Shown here: positions 41,939 through 56,639 of the stretch, in pieces | Layout: each line of letters starts with the position of its first letter | How positions within the stretch are numbered: the first letter of the stretch is position 1 | NCBI GenBank assembly: GCA_964016885.1 | Contig: OZ024752.1 | Location: forward strand, 49,662,001 to 49,726,000 | Source: Eledone cirrhosa | Lineage: Eukaryota | Direction of reading: 5' to 3' | Length of the DNA: 64,000 nucleotides | The notes under the pieces: model-generated | Told to the model about the DNA's origin: nothing | Seen by the model: the letters and a program-made list of their open reading frames with translations, nothing else | Databases searched by the model: none | Made by a program: the position numbers and the translations under genes

Positions 41939-42224
41939 CTTAATCTAACTGTGTAAATTTGCCTTCTGTGTTTTGTTTGTTTCATTTATTAACTATATAT
42001 ATATATATCATCATCATCATCATCATCATCATCTTCGTTTAACGTCCACTTTCCATGCTAGCATGGGTTATATGTATATATATACATATATATAATTATA
42101 TATATATGTATATATAATTATATAATTATATATATGTATATATATACATATATATAATTATCCTATCCAACCCTTGCTAGCAGGGAAACTGGACATTAAG
42201 ATGATGATGATGATGATGATGAAG

Positions 42225-42297
<73 letters not shown>

Positions 42298-42434
42298 ATT
42301 AGAATACTGGAGCGTGTTTGAGTCAAACACCCTCTTCGTATTATAGAAATGACAGTAAAAGGTATAGCTCAATGCAGTTAAACAGAGCCAAAAAATTAAG
42401 AGAGTAAAACAAAGAATCCTTTAATACATCAAAA

Positions 42435-42491
42435 GTTTTTATTAGCCGACAATGTTTCGTCCTATTAAGGACTCATCAGGGCAATCAAAAC
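42435..42491 (-). ncRNA. Canonical-core minimal type I hammerhead ribozyme
   Basis: guuuugauugcc CUGAUGA GUCCU-uaau-AGGAC GAAA c-auu-g UC ggcuaauaaaaac. GUC triplet; predicted cut between 42448 and 42447. Confidence 0.9.
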
Positions 42492-42753
42492 AACAAGAGG
42501 TAATATCGGCAGATACAAGCCAGAAACTCTGAAGAATATGGAGTGTACATACACTAATGTCTTGCAAAGATATACGATAATAAAAATGAAAATAAAGATA
42601 AAAATAATAAAATTATAATAACTAAGGATGTAAATACCATTAAGATATATATACGTATATATATATATAAATATATATATATAAAGATTACAAGATCAAA
42701 AACAGAACTCTATTTTTAATAGCAAATGTGTCCATACCATTATACATTTAGTA

Positions 42754-42941
42754 TAATTGTTTCTACTTTAGGCACAAGGCCAGCAATTACCCAGTGCATT
42801 ACTGGTACTTTATTTTATCGACCCCGTAAGGATGAAAGGCAAAGTCAACCTCGGCGGGATTTGAACTCAGATCGTAAAGGGACGTAACTATGCTGGAAAG
42901 CATGGCGCCCGATCCTCTACCGATACTGCCAATCCACCGCC
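42754..42941 (-). mobile_element. Nin-domain SINE, full length
   Basis: Matches 33651-33843. Confidence 0.9.
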
Positions 42942-43117
42942 ATATTTAGTATAATGATCAAATTTAGTGATGACAGAGATAATATCTACCGACATACCAC
43001 CTCCTGAATGGTTCCTTTTCATACTCCATTGCGAGATTTTGGAATAAGTGAATCAGAGCAGACCCTGGAGTAGTTCCCGAGGAAGATGTTTGGATAACAT
43101 CCATGAGCTTGTGTATA

Positions 43118-43345
43118 TCATCATCATCATCATCATCACCGTTTTACATTCGTTCTTCCACGCTAGCATGGGTTAGACGCGTTGTCCTGTTGTGGGCAGT
43201 GTCCAGTCGGCTGACCTTGTCTTGCTCATACGAGAACTGATTCTGGCTTGATTTCTACAGCTGGATGCCCTTCCTAACACCAACCTCATTTACAGTAGGG
43301 GCTGGGGGTTTTATTGCCATGGCACCTCCACGACCACTTTGCAAT
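43118..43345 (-). mobile_element. SINE M-related 3' part with a variant RTE-type tail
   Basis: Shared gctggatgcccttcctaacacc block; tail ttccacgctagcatgggttaga. Similar copy at 30770-31025. Confidence 0.75.
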
Positions 43346-43366
43346 GGGGAGGGGGTGTAGGCATAT

Positions 43367-43845
43367 GGAGGCCTGTGGCTGAGTGGTTAGAGAATTGGAT
43401 TCGCAATCATGAGGCTGTGAGTTCGAATCCTGAACGGGGCAATGTGTTATGTCCTTGAGCAAGACATTTTATTTCGTGTTGCTCCTTCTACCTGGATTTG
43501 CAACCGATAGATAATATTTAGTATTAGCAATTGGAAAGACCAATGGAAACATTGTTTCTTCGGTCAGATTTGACGAAACAAACGAGGTCGTGTAGGTGTC
43601 ACGACAAAAAAAAAACACACACAGTCCACGCTGTAATGTGGCCGTGTAGGTAACATGGTAAAAACCTCCCAGTTCCACACTGTAAATGTGGTTGGTGTTA
43701 GGAAGGGCATCCAGCTGTAGAAAACCCGTCAGACAGTCCTATGCGAGCAAGACAACCACTCTTGCCTCAAGTGGGAAAACTCCCGTCCAAACCCATGCGA
43801 GCGTGGAATATGGACGTTAAACGATGATGATGATGATGATGATGA
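43367..43845 (+). mobile_element. Full-length long SINE family M2
   Basis: A box tggctgagtgg, B box gagttcgaatcc, ccttgagcaagaca centre, internal hairpin, tail aaacccatgcgagcgtggaatatggacgttaaac(gat)n. Confidence 0.85.
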
Positions 43846-45016
43846 TTGATTAGTATGTGTGTGTGTATGTGTGTGTGTGTGTGTGCGTGTGTGTATGTGT
43901 GTGTTTATTTTAAAGCTTCACTGTCAATTTATGCTGCTAAAATTAGTTTAAAAAATTTTTTAAGGGGGAGGTGGTTTCATCTTCTACAAAAGGTAAACTT
44001 AACAGTGTCAAATATCACAGTTATTGTTTGTTCACAGTACTGATTGGTCTATTGATATTAGTAGTGGTGGTGGTGGTGGTGGTGGTGGTGGTGGTGGTGA
44101 GGATGGTGGTGGTGGTGGTGGTGATGGTGGTGGTATTGATGATGATGGTGCTGGTGGTAGTGAGGATGGTGGCTGTGATGGTGATGATGATAGTGAGTAT
44201 GGTGGTGGTGTGGTGATAGTAGTGGTGGTGGTGGTGGTGGTGGTGGTGGTGGTGGTGGTATTTGTGGATGGTGGTGGTGGGGGGGGGGATATTGTTTTTC
44301 TCTCTTAGAGTTTCTTATATTTTGTTTTGCAATGTTTACTCATTTCAAGGTGGTGTGGTGGTGGGGGTGAGGGGGGGGGGGGGGGGGGGGGGGGGCAGGA
44401 AGGCCGTATTTGGAGATATTTTGGTAGTTGTTTAGTTTGTTTTTATTTGGGGCAAGTGTTGGTGGAGGAGAACAAGGGAGAAAGACAAAGGACTTACAAC
44501 AACAATAACAACGACAACAATAAAAACGACAACAACATAAACATCAACATCAACAACACCATCAACAATAACAGCAACAACAACAGCAGTAACAACAACA
44601 ACCACAACAACAACATCAACAACCACAACAGCAACAAACATAAACAACAACAACATCAACAGCAGTAACAACAACAACCACAACAACCACAACAACAAAC
44701 ATAAACAACATCAACAGCAGTAACAACAACAACCACAACAACCACAACAACAACAAACATAAACAACAACAACATCAACAGCAGTAACAACAACAACCAC
44801 AACAACCACAACAACAACAAACATAAACAACAAAATGCTTTGTATATTTTTTTATTAGTTTGAAAAAAAAATATTTTTACCTATTTTTTTATATTGTTTC
44901 AAAAATTTGAAATTTCAATTTATTTCAAAAATAAAACAATAACTTAAATAAAAATAAAAATACAATAACAATATATATAATAATAATAATAAACTACCGG
45001 TGTAACATGCAAACAA

Positions 45017-45994
45017 ATGGACGATGGTAGCAATAGTGATGATGATGATGATGATGGTGATGATGGTGATGGTGGTGGTGATGGTGGTTGTGGTGGTGGT
45101 TGTGGTGGTGATGGTGGTGGTAGTGGTGGTGTTGGTGTTGGTGGTGGTGTGTTGGTGGAAGTGATGGTGGTGGTGGTGGTGGTGGTGGTGGCGGTGGTGG
45201 TAGTGGTGGTGGTGGTGGTGGTGGTGGTGGTAATATGTTGGTGGTGGTAGTGGTGGCGGTGGTTGTATGTAGGTGGTGGTGGTGATAGTGGTGGTGGTAG
45301 TGGTGGCGGTGATAGTATGTTGGTGGTGGTAGTGGTGGTAGTGGTGGCGGTGGTGGTGGTGGTAATATGTTGGTGGTGGTAGTGGTGGCGGTGGTAGTAT
45401 GTAGGTGGTGGTGCTGATAGTGGTGGTGGTAGTGGTGGCGGTGGTAGTATGTTGGTGGTGGTAGTGGTGGTAGTGGTGGTGGTTGTAATATGTTGGTGTT
45501 GGTGGTGGTGGTGGTGGTGGTATGTTGGTGGTGGTGGTGGTGGTGGTGGTATGTTGGTGGTGGTGGTGTTGGTGGTGGTGGTGTTGGCAGTGGTGGTGGT
45601 AGTGGTGGTGGCAGTGGTGGTATGTTGGTGGCGATGGTGGTGGTGGTATGTTGGTGGCGGTGGTGGTGGTGGTAGTATGTTGGTGGTGGTAGTGAAGGTA
45701 ATGGCATGAGAATGAAGATGTTGTTGATGATCACTATAACCAACACCAGCATCACAACCTCCATTACAACTACTAATATTACTAGCACCACTACTACTAC
45801 TACCACCACCATCACAACCACTACTACTACTACTACTAATATTACTACTACCACCAGCACAACCATCACTACCACCATTATTACTATGACAAGTATTTCT
45901 GCTAACACTACCATCATAGCGACCACCACTACCACCATAGCCACCATCACAACCACTGCTACTATAACTACTACTACCACTACTACTACTACTA

Positions 45995-46049
<55 letters not shown>

Positions 46050-46190
46050 TACCACCACTACTACTACTACCACCACTACTACTACTACTACAACCACAAC
46101 TACTACCACTACTACTACAACCAATACTACTACTACTACTACAACCACTACTACTACAACCAATACTACTACTACAACTACCACTACTGC
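45017..46190. repeat. (GGT)n followed by (CTA/CCA)n low-complexity block
   Basis: Direct inspection; source of the 455-aa low-complexity ORF. Confidence 0.95.
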
Positions 46191-46332
46191 TTTTGTTGTT
46201 ATTACTTTTCTTCTTCTTCCTAGATGGCGGTGGTGGTGTTTTAAGTGGGGGGTGATAGGGTGGGGCGGGGTGTTAGGTGAGAGGGTGGGGTGGGGTGGGG
46301 TGGGGATGTCCTTGTGATCAGTTTTCTTTGTC

Positions 46333-46403
46333 TTATTTGCGGAGTTGCTTGCGACGACCAACGAAAGAATCTTCTTCGTCTAAATTACTATAGAGGGGGA
46401 AAA
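46333..46403 (-). CDS. Candidate terminal coding exon, unknown gene
   Basis: Acceptor ctttccttgttatttcag, then (xx)FPLYSNLDEEDSFVGRRKQLRK*. CpG-rich, high-complexity island among simple repeats. No homologue recognised. Confidence 0.3.
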
Positions 46404-46827
46404 CTGAAATAACAAGGAAAGATTAAAAACAACAACAACAACACCAACAACAACAACATCAACTACAACAACATTGACAACAATAACAACAACAATAACA
46501 ATATTTAACAAAATAAAACAACAGACCACCACCCCTTGAAAAAACAAAAAAGAACAATTAAACAAAATACTAGATAAATATACAAACAATAAAATAAGTT
46601 GTAAAAAAAATTAAAATAAAAAATTTAACCCAACTACATTGACAGTAAGACCCCACCACCACCACCCCTGTCCGTCACGCACCCCACCACCCTCGTCCAT
46701 TACACACCACCACCCCTTCCATCTTGCACCCCCCTCCCCCCAGCAAAAAAAACCACTCACACACACAAAAAAAAATATAAATGAAAAACAATAATAATAA
46801 TAACACAGAGGATCACAACAACAGCAA

Positions 46828-46986
46828 TGGTTTCTGAATTAGGCACAAGGCCAGCAATTACTCCAGTGCATTACTGGTACTTTATTTCATCGACCCCCGT
46901 AAAGTTGGAAGGCAAAGTTAACCTCGGCGGGATTTGAACTCAGATCATAAAGGGACGTAACTCTACCGATACTGCCAATCCACCAC
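46828..46986 (-). mobile_element. Nin-domain SINE with internal deletion
   Basis: Matches 33651-33843 minus about 30 bp of the head. Confidence 0.8.
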
Positions 46987-47111
46987 CTTTATTATAGGAA
47001 TAATAATGATGGTGATGATGGTGATGATGATGGTGGTGATGATTATGGCGATGATGATGGTGATAATGGTGATGGTGATGATGATGATGGTCATGTTGAT
47101 GAGGATGTTGC

Positions 47112-47146
<35 letters not shown>

Positions 47147-47265
47147 GTGATGGTTTTGTTTTCCTAGCCACAAGGGCATCAGATGAAGGAGACATTATAA
47201 TGTCAAGTTATGACATAAAAATGAGGTGGGGGACTGCATAGAAATGAGGGAAAAATAATGGTGAC

Positions 47266-47339
<74 letters not shown>

Positions 47340-47347
47340 CGGCGGTG

Positions 47348-47449
<102 letters not shown>

Positions 47450-47557
47450 TTAGTAGTAGTAGTAGTACTACTAGTAGTAGTAGTAGTAGTAGTGGTGGTA
47501 TTAGTAGTAGTAGTAGTACTACTAGTAGTAGTAGTGGTAGTAGTGGTGGTGGCGGCG

Positions 47558-47603
<46 letters not shown>

Positions 47604-47720
47604 AAGCAGCAGTAATAATGGCAATAGTAACAATAATAACTGTAATGAAATCAAAATTTTAAAAACACCACCACCACTAACAACAACACCAGCAACACCA
47701 ACAACAACACCAGCACCAAC

Positions 47721-47751
<31 letters not shown>

Positions 47752-48332
47752 TCAAGAACACCAACACCACCACTAACAACAACAACATGAACAACACCAA
47801 CAACAACACCACCACCACCAACAACAACAACAACACCAAGAACACCAACACCACCACTAACAACAACACCAACACCAACACTACCAACAACAACAACATG
47901 AACAACACCAACAACACCAAAAACAACAACACCACCACCAACAACAACAAAATTTGTGAAATAATCCCCAAAAAATAAAAATAAAAAATATTTTAAATTA
48001 AAACAAAAGTAGGCAAAAGTAAAATAAAAAAGGGGCAAAAAAAATAACAAACTATAAAATATTTCTAAACAAAACAGAAGACAATATACACCCTTTCCTG
48101 ACACTACACATTACCACCCACCTCCTCCCAGTCTTACTAACACTGCTGAAATGAAATGGAACCAATATAAGACGGCCATTGGACTAAGACAAGAGTAAAA
48201 ACACATACATATATATATATATACACACATATACATATATATATATATATAAATATATACACACACATGTCTTACATTTTTGCACACATATGTATGTGTA
48301 TATATATATATATGCACACACACACACTCACA

Positions 48333-48387
<55 letters not shown>

Positions 48388-48429
48388 GCATAAACATATG
48401 CACATACACACACAAGTATTACATTTTTG

Positions 48430-48498
<69 letters not shown>

Positions 48499-48514
48499 CA
48501 TGTGTATATATACA

Positions 48515-48588
<74 letters not shown>

Positions 48589-49027
48589 TATATATGAATG
48601 CATGTATATGCATGCACACATATATATATATATATACACACATATATATATATACACACATATATACACACACATATATATATATATATACACACATATA
48701 TATATATATATACACATATATACACACATATATATATATATATACACACATATATACACACACATATATATATATATACACACATATATATATATATACA
48801 CACATATATATATATATATACACACATATATATATATATATACACACATATATACACACATATATATATATACACACATATATACACACATATATATATA
48901 TATATACACACACATATATATATATATATACACACACAGTGTAGAAAGTGGACAAGACTCTACAACATCATCAGTCACTCAAAGAAAGTATTACAAGGCA
49001 ATAATTTCAAATAAATCATCTGAAACA

Positions 49028-49235
49028 TGGTGGTGGTGGTGGTGGTGGTGGTGGTGGTGGTGGTGGTGGTGGTGGTGGTGGTGATGATGGTGGTGGTGGC
49101 TGGTGGTGGTGGTGGTGGTGGTGGTGCTGGGGGTGCTGGTGGTGGTGGTGGTGGTGGTGGTGGTGGTGGTGGTGGTGGTGGTGGTGGTGGTGGTTGTGAT
49201 GGTGGTGGTGCTGGTGGTGGTGATGGTGGTGGTGG

Positions 49236-49266
<31 letters not shown>

Positions 49267-49382
49267 GGTGCTGGTGGTGGTGGTGGTGGTGGTGGTGGTG
49301 GTGGTGGTGGTGGTGGTGGTGGCTGGTGGTGGTGGCTGGTGGTGGTGGTGGTGGTGGTGGTGGTGGTGGTGGTGGCTGGTGG

Positions 49383-49413
<31 letters not shown>

Positions 49414-49601
49414 GCTGGTGGTGGTGCTGGTGGTGCTGGTGGTGGTGATGGTGGTGGTGGTGGTGGTGGTGGTTGTGGTGGTGGTGGTGCTGGGGGTGCT
49501 GGTGGTGGTGGTGGTGGTGGTGGTGGTGGTGGTGGTGGTGGTGGTGGTGGTGGTTGTGATGGTGGTGGTGCTGGTGGTGGTGATGGTGGTGGTGGTGGTG
49601 G

Positions 49602-49632
<31 letters not shown>

Positions 49633-49866
49633 GGTGGTGGTGGTGGTGGTGGTGGTGGTGGTGGTGGTGGTGGCTGGTGGTGGTGGCTGGTGGTGGTGGT
49701 GGTGGTGTGGGGGGGGGGGGGGGGGGTATTGCTGGTAGTGGTGGTGGTTGTTGCGGTGGTATTGGTGGTCGTTATTGCTGGTGATGGTGGTGGTGGTGGT
49801 ATTGGTGGTGGTATTGGTGGTGGTATTGGTGGTGGTATTGGTGGTGGTGGTGGTGGTGGCGGTGGG
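49028..49866. repeat. (GGT)n trinucleotide array
   Basis: Direct inspection; the poly-G, poly-V and poly-P ORFs are artefacts. Confidence 0.97.
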
Positions 49867-50178
49867 GTCAGTGTCATAAATTCAGGAGATATAGTGGTGG
49901 AGCTGGGTTTATGATAAAACAAAATATAAATTTAAAATTTTTTAAATAAAATTTGAAAATATTTTTTTTATTCAACAAAAAAATATCAAAAAAGACGTGA
50001 GGGACAGAGAGAGGGGGAGTGAGGTGAGGAGGATGGAGAGATAGAGGGAGAGAGAGGGAGAGAGACAGAGAGAGAGAGAGAGCGGGAGAGAGAGAGAGTG
50101 AGAAGAGTGAAGCAGTTGTTAGTACAAGAGAGGAAATATAGAGGAGGGAGTGGGGAAGAGAAAGGAAAGATTATGATG

Positions 50179-50209
<31 letters not shown>

Positions 50210-50912
50210 TTAGAAAGGATGAAAGGTAAGAGTGATAGAATGAGTGAGAAGGGGAGGGAGAAGGGGATCAAGGAATATGGAAGGAACATGCAAAGAAGAA
50301 AAAGCAGGAAGTGAAAAAGAAGAAGAAAAAAATGAAAATGAATCTAAGATTTTAGTTCATAAGCATGTGAAATAATTTTGTGAAATTAAATCTTAATTTT
50401 CTTGAAATTATCTCCCCTTTTCTTTAAGAGTCACTAACAATAACTATAAGGCTTTTGTTTTGCTTTTTCTCTAAGCGGGAAATTTCAATTAATTCAGAAT
50501 TTTTTGGCATACATCACTGAATATACGCCAACCCCATAACCATTTTGTTACCATATTTCCCTAAAATCTTATATTTATGTCCTAAGAGGAATGCTTCTTA
50601 ATTAAGGTAAGGCAAGCTTAAGATATTGTTGTGGCCACATCCATATTATATGGTGGGTTATACCATGTAATGTGTCTAGATATATTTTTTTTTAATTTTG
50701 TGCTTATACTTTGTATATTCTACCTTAATTAGAAATCTGATTTGGGCTGGAGCTTTATTGTAATATGTGAAATAGTCATTAAAAATATGCTCGTTAGCTG
50801 ATAAGTGACAAAGCCTCAATGAGACATTTCTGACTAGGTTTTGTATAAATTTAGGGAAGATATTAAAGAGGTAGACTTGGCAAGAGATGTATAAATTTAG
50901 AGAACATGTTAA

Positions 50913-51128
50913 CCCTTTTTACATTACTCTATATTTACTATTGTATTTTTGTGGCAAAAGCTTCGTCTTACATAAATATCTCACATAATATCGACTCTAT
51001 GAGATTTTGCTATTATTTAATTTGAGAATAATACCTTAATGTCAGTATGAGCAGCCAGTTATGGCCGGTTTGAACAGAAAGAGGTGATAGAATTCTGGCC
51101 GGATATGGCCAGTTTAAATGCTAAAGTG
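50913..51128. mobile_element. piggyBac-like MITE, empty-site paralogue
   Basis: TTAA|CCCTTT ... TAAATGCTAAAGTG|TTAC. Colinear with 31124-31689 minus the hAT insert. Confidence 0.75.
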
Positions 51129-51633
51129 TTACTGTAGGTAGGGGTATATTGTAGAGTTGGTAAGAGATGTATTAGTGTAGTGAAGTTGCCAATGTAGGTA
51201 GGGACACATTTTAGAGTTAGTAAGAGACGTATTAGTGTAGTGGAGATGTCAAAGCAGTTAGAGAAACATTGCAATTGCCATGAAAGGAAGCAGATATGCA
51301 AAGTCAATGTTAAAGGATGCAGTGAGACTCCAGTAAGTCTATGATGAGAATGAAATAAAATTTTAAAAGAATTGGTTGTAGGAAGTAGAGAAAAGGGTAG
51401 ACAAGAGATGTTGAAATAAATATAGTAATGGAGAGAAAAGGGGTGGAAAATGTAGAAAGGTTTGTAAAGAATAGCAGTGAGAAGGAAGGGGTTTTGTGTA
51501 GGGAAAAGAAGCAGGAGAAAAATAAGAATAATGAAGAGGGGTTTGTTGTTATTGATGATGATGGTGATGATGAAGTTGTTTGGCTCCTGATATGTCCTAT
51601 GTGATCCAGTTGTTATCATCCTGGCTTTAATAT

Positions 51634-51665
<32 letters not shown>

Positions 51666-51791
51666 TAGAGAGTGAGGTATAGATAGATATATTTCTTTAT
51701 TAGCCACAAGGGCACACAAGAAAAGGGGACAATACAAAGACATGCCGGGGATTTTACATACAGGCGTGTAAAAAATATAAAAACAAACAAT

Positions 51792-51856
<65 letters not shown>

Positions 51857-52684
51857 TGGATAGAAAGATACATAAAGAGAGGCAAAGAGAGAGAAAACCA
51901 AATGTAAACTGATACCAAAATACTAAGAGAGAGAAAGAGAGAGTGAGAGAGGGGGGTGGTATAGAGAGAGGGGAGTAGTATGAGAGAGACTGAGATAATA
52001 AACATCATGAGAGAGAAGCAAGGAGTTAGAGAAAGAAAGCGTCATAAAGAGAGCGAGAGAGAGAAAGAGAGAGAGAGGGACAGAGAGTGAGAAAGAGGAA
52101 GAGGAACAGAATGAATGAAAATAGAAGAGAGTGTGAGAGTGAGGAGAAAGGGAGAGTGAGAGGAAGGGGAAGAGGAACAGAATAAATGAAAAGAGAAGAG
52201 AAATTTAGATGTTGAATTTTAAAAGTGATAGTGAAAGTAGAAAGAAGGTGGAGGAGGGAGGAGGGGGATAAGCAGAGGAAATGGAGATAGTTTTAAGTTT
52301 TAAAAAGTAGAGGGGAGCTAAGATGAGAAACAGGAGAGAAAGGCAAGCAGGATGTAGGAGGAGTATGTAATGGCTAGGGGTGGGAGTGATGTGTGGTGGG
52401 GGGAGGGGAGAGGGGTGGAAGCAGAGAACAGGGGTATTTGACAGTTGGGTGGAGGAGGGGGGGGGGGGGTAGCGAGAGGAAAGGGTGTTGGTAGCAGTGA
52501 CATAGATTTCTCTATTTTAATTCAAAGAAAAAAACAATATATATATATATATACACACACATATATATATATATATATATATTTATATACACACACATAT
52601 ATACATATATATATATTTATATATATACACACACATATATATATATATTCACACTTACATACATATATATATACACACATACAT

Positions 52685-52805
<121 letters not shown>

Positions 52806-52806
52806 C

Positions 52807-52841
<35 letters not shown>

Positions 52842-53306
52842 CATATATATATAAATTAAATGAATAAGAGGGAGAAAGGAGAGGCAAGAGATGGAATAGA
52901 GATAGGGGGTTGTGATTTGATATGAGGTGGGTAATTATGGGTAGAAATGGATTCTGGGTAGAATTGGAAGATAACACAATGGTAAAGGGAATTGGAGACA
53001 GTCTGTGAGGAAAATAGGTTAAAAATGTAGACAAAGGATATTATACTGGGGAATGTGACACACAGAAACCCAGGGGAAATATAGGGAGCTAATCCTTCTA
53101 TTTAGCTCCAGTTAACTAAACAGCTTTATTTGCTTGGTAGACCAATGTGAGATGTAATTGGTCCCTAGACAAATAATTGTTTCTATTTTTGACACAAGGC
53201 CAGCAATTACCCCAGTGCATTACTGGTACTTTATTTTTTCGACCCCCATAAGGATGAAAGGCAAAGTTTACCTCCGCGAGATTTGAACTTTCCCTAGACA
53301 AATAAT

Positions 53307-54197
53307 TGTTTCTACTTTTGACACAAGGCCAGTAATTACCCCAGTGCATTACTGGTGCTTTATTTTAAGACCCAACGGTTTCTACTTTTGACACAAGGCC
53401 AGCAATTATCCCAGTGCATTACTGGTGCTTTATTTTAAGACCCAAGGGTTTCTACTTTTGACACAAGGCCAGCAATTATCCCAGTGCATTACTGGTGTTT
53501 TATTTTAAGACCCAAGGGTTTCTACTTTTGACACAAGGCCAGCAATTATCCCAGTGCATTACTGGTGCTTTATTTTAAGACCCAACGGTTTCTACTTTTG
53601 ACACAAGGCCAGCAATTATCCCAGTGTATTACTGGTGTTTTATTTTAAGACCCAAGGGTTTCTACTTTTGACACAAGGCCAGCAATTATCCCAGTGCATT
53701 ACTGGTGCTTTATTTTAAGACCCAAGGGTTTCTACTTTTGACACAAGGCCAGCAATTATCCCAGTGCATTACTGGTGTTTTATTTTAAGACCCAAGGGTT
53801 TCTACTTTTGACACAAGGCCAGCAATTATCCCAGTGCATTACTGGTGCTTTATTTTAAGACCCAACGGTTTCTACTTTTGACACAAGGCCAGCAATTATC
53901 CCAGTGTATTACTGGTGCTTTATTTTAAGACCCAAGGGTTTCTACTTTTGACACAAGGCCAGCAATTATCCCAGTGCATTACTGGTGCTTTATTTTAAGA
54001 CCCAACGGTTTCTACTTTTGACACAAGGCCAGCAATTATCCCAGTGTATTACTGGTACTTTATTTTATCGACCCTGTGAATATAAAAGGCAAAGCTAACC
54101 TCTGCAGGATTTGAACTCAGATCGTAAAGGGGTGTAACCCTATGCCATTGCCATAAAACTTGTCCAATGCTCTAGCAATACTGCCAATCCACTGCCC
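53307..54197 (-). repeat. Nin SINE whose 3' part is amplified as an 11 x 70-bp tandem array
   Basis: tctacttttg recurs at 53311, 53381, ... 54011 (period 70). The last unit continues into Nin core and tRNA head up to 54197. An extra partial SINE lies at 53172-53290. Confidence 0.95.
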
Positions 54198-54887
54198 TAT
54201 CCCTTGGCAATATTATTGAAGTCTGTAAAGTGTTTTGAGCTACATGGGTTGAGTAACAGGGAGCAGACAAGGCAGGGGTGCCCCATAGTCTGGATTGTCT
54301 CTCTACCTACTCATGTAGCTGAGTCAGCTCTGTAGATTGATCTTGATTTTGATCAACCTCATTCTTATTTCTAAGGAGGTTGAACACCTTCCAGTGATCT
54401 CATAATGCATTTGAGCGAGGAGGAAGGTCTTTGAAAAGGAGGGTTACCATGACAGTTAGAGGCAGGCCACTTTCCAACCCCTTCATCCAAAGCTAGTGTC
54501 TAGAATCTAATCTCCACTTGAGATGTTATTAGAGACTGGACACGGATGAAGAAGCTTCTAATAAGACCAGAATAAGCTCTGAACTAATGAGCCCTCGAGG
54601 CTCAAGAAAGACTTAAAATTTTTTAAAGATTTAATTTGCCTTTAAGACTGACTTTGCATATTTGTGAGCTGTATGTTCACAAATATGACACATTACACAC
54701 CCACATCAATTCATAGCTCCAAGGAATCTTTTATCTTTGTCTTTTATTCTAAGAATGGTAACAAGGGGGAAAAAAATAATAGTTTTAACTCTTCTGATAC
54801 CAAAAATGTCTGAAACTGCCTCTAGTTCTACAATACAAAATTGTTTATTTTCAAGTGTTTATCACCACCATCACCATCATCATCATC

Positions 54888-54963
<76 letters not shown>

Positions 54964-55019
54964 CCAGCAATAACAACAACAATAACAACAGCACCCCCAC
55001 CACCACTACCGACACAACC

Positions 55020-55050
<31 letters not shown>

Positions 55051-55088
55051 CCAGCAATAACAACAACAATAACAACAGCACCCCCACC

Positions 55089-55119
<31 letters not shown>

Positions 55120-55539
55120 CCACTATCATCATCATCATCACCAACAACAACAACAACAACAACACCTCCACCACCATCACCATCAATATCATCACCAACA
55201 CCAACAATAACAACAACCCCACCACCACCACCATCACCATCATCATCAGCACCACCACCACCGACAACAACAATAGCAAGAACACCCCCCCCCCACCTCC
55301 CCATCACCACCACCACCATCACCATCATCGTCATCGCCACCAACAACAACAATAATAACAACACCACCCCCATCATCATCATAATCATTTCTACATTAGG
55401 CACAAGGCCAGCAATTTCTCATATAAAATTATAAGTTCAAATCCTACCAGGATTTGAACTTATAATTTTATATAAGAACCTTTGTTAAGTTATGTTCCAA
55501 ACACCAGCTTGATAATCAGAAAGTTTGTTATATTTCTAA

Positions 55540-56075
55540 ATTACTACAAATAAGTATTTTAAAGAATTACTAATTTAAAATTTTTTTAATTATTAATATT
55601 TTTTAAATTACTAATTAAAATATATTATTTTAATTACTAATATTTTAAAATTTACTAATTTAATTTTTTTTAATTACTAATATTTTAAAAATTACTAATT
55701 AACTCTTTTTTTTAAATTACTAATAACATTTTTTTTTAAATTACTAATATTTTAAAAACTACTAATTTAAATTTGTTTTTAACTTACAATGTTTTAAAAA
55801 TTACTAATTAAATATTTTTTTAATTACTAATATATTAAAAATTACTAATTAAAATTTTTTTTAAATTACTAGTATTTTAAAAATTACTAATTTAATTTTT
55901 TTATAATTACTAATATTCTAAAAATTTAATTTTTTTTAATTACAATTATTTTAATTATAATTATTTAAAAAATTACTAATTAAATTTTTTTTTTAAATTA
56001 CTAATATTCTAAAAATTACTAACTTAAATAACATAACTTTTTTAAATTAGTAATATTTTAAAAATTACTAATTAT
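55540..56075. repeat. AT-rich degenerate tandem repeat
   Basis: Recurring aattactaat core every ~19-22 bp. Confidence 0.9.
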
Positions 56076-56639
56076 TTGAGAATCACAGGTAATCACAGGT
56101 AAAGTTGTTAGAAAGAAAAGGGTTAAAACTGATATCAGTACCAAACATGTATAGGGGTGGGCTTTATATTGTAGATTATAGCATTACATCATGTTGTTGT
56201 TGGTGGTGGTGGTGGTGGTGGTGGTGGTGTTCCTCTACTTCTTTTTCCCATCATCATCATCATCATTGTCACAATTGTCATCACCACCATCATCCTCACC
56301 ATCATCACTATCATCATCACCATCATCAGCCTTCTCCTACACATCCTTCTCTTCCTCTACCACTTACACCTTCTATTCTTCCTCCCTCTTCTTCACAGCT
56401 TCATTTTTCCCTCCTTCTTCTCCTCCTCCCCACAGTTCTTCCTCTTCCTCACATCTTCTCCCTCTTCCTCTTCCTCACATCTTCTCCCTCTTCCTCCTCC
56501 TCACATCTTCTCCCTCTTCTTCCTTCTCACATCTTCTCCTCTCCTCCTCCTCCTTCTCTTCTTCACAGCTTCTTCCCTCCTCCTCCTCCTCCTCCTCACA
56601 ACTGCCTCCTCCTCATCCTCACAACTGCCTCCTCCTCAT

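Noticed and set aside
54584-54612. ctaatGAGCC-ctcga-GGCTC-aagaaa hairpin resembling a hammerhead
   Set aside because: Core is wrong (CUAAUGA, displaced GAAA) and stems I and III are missing.
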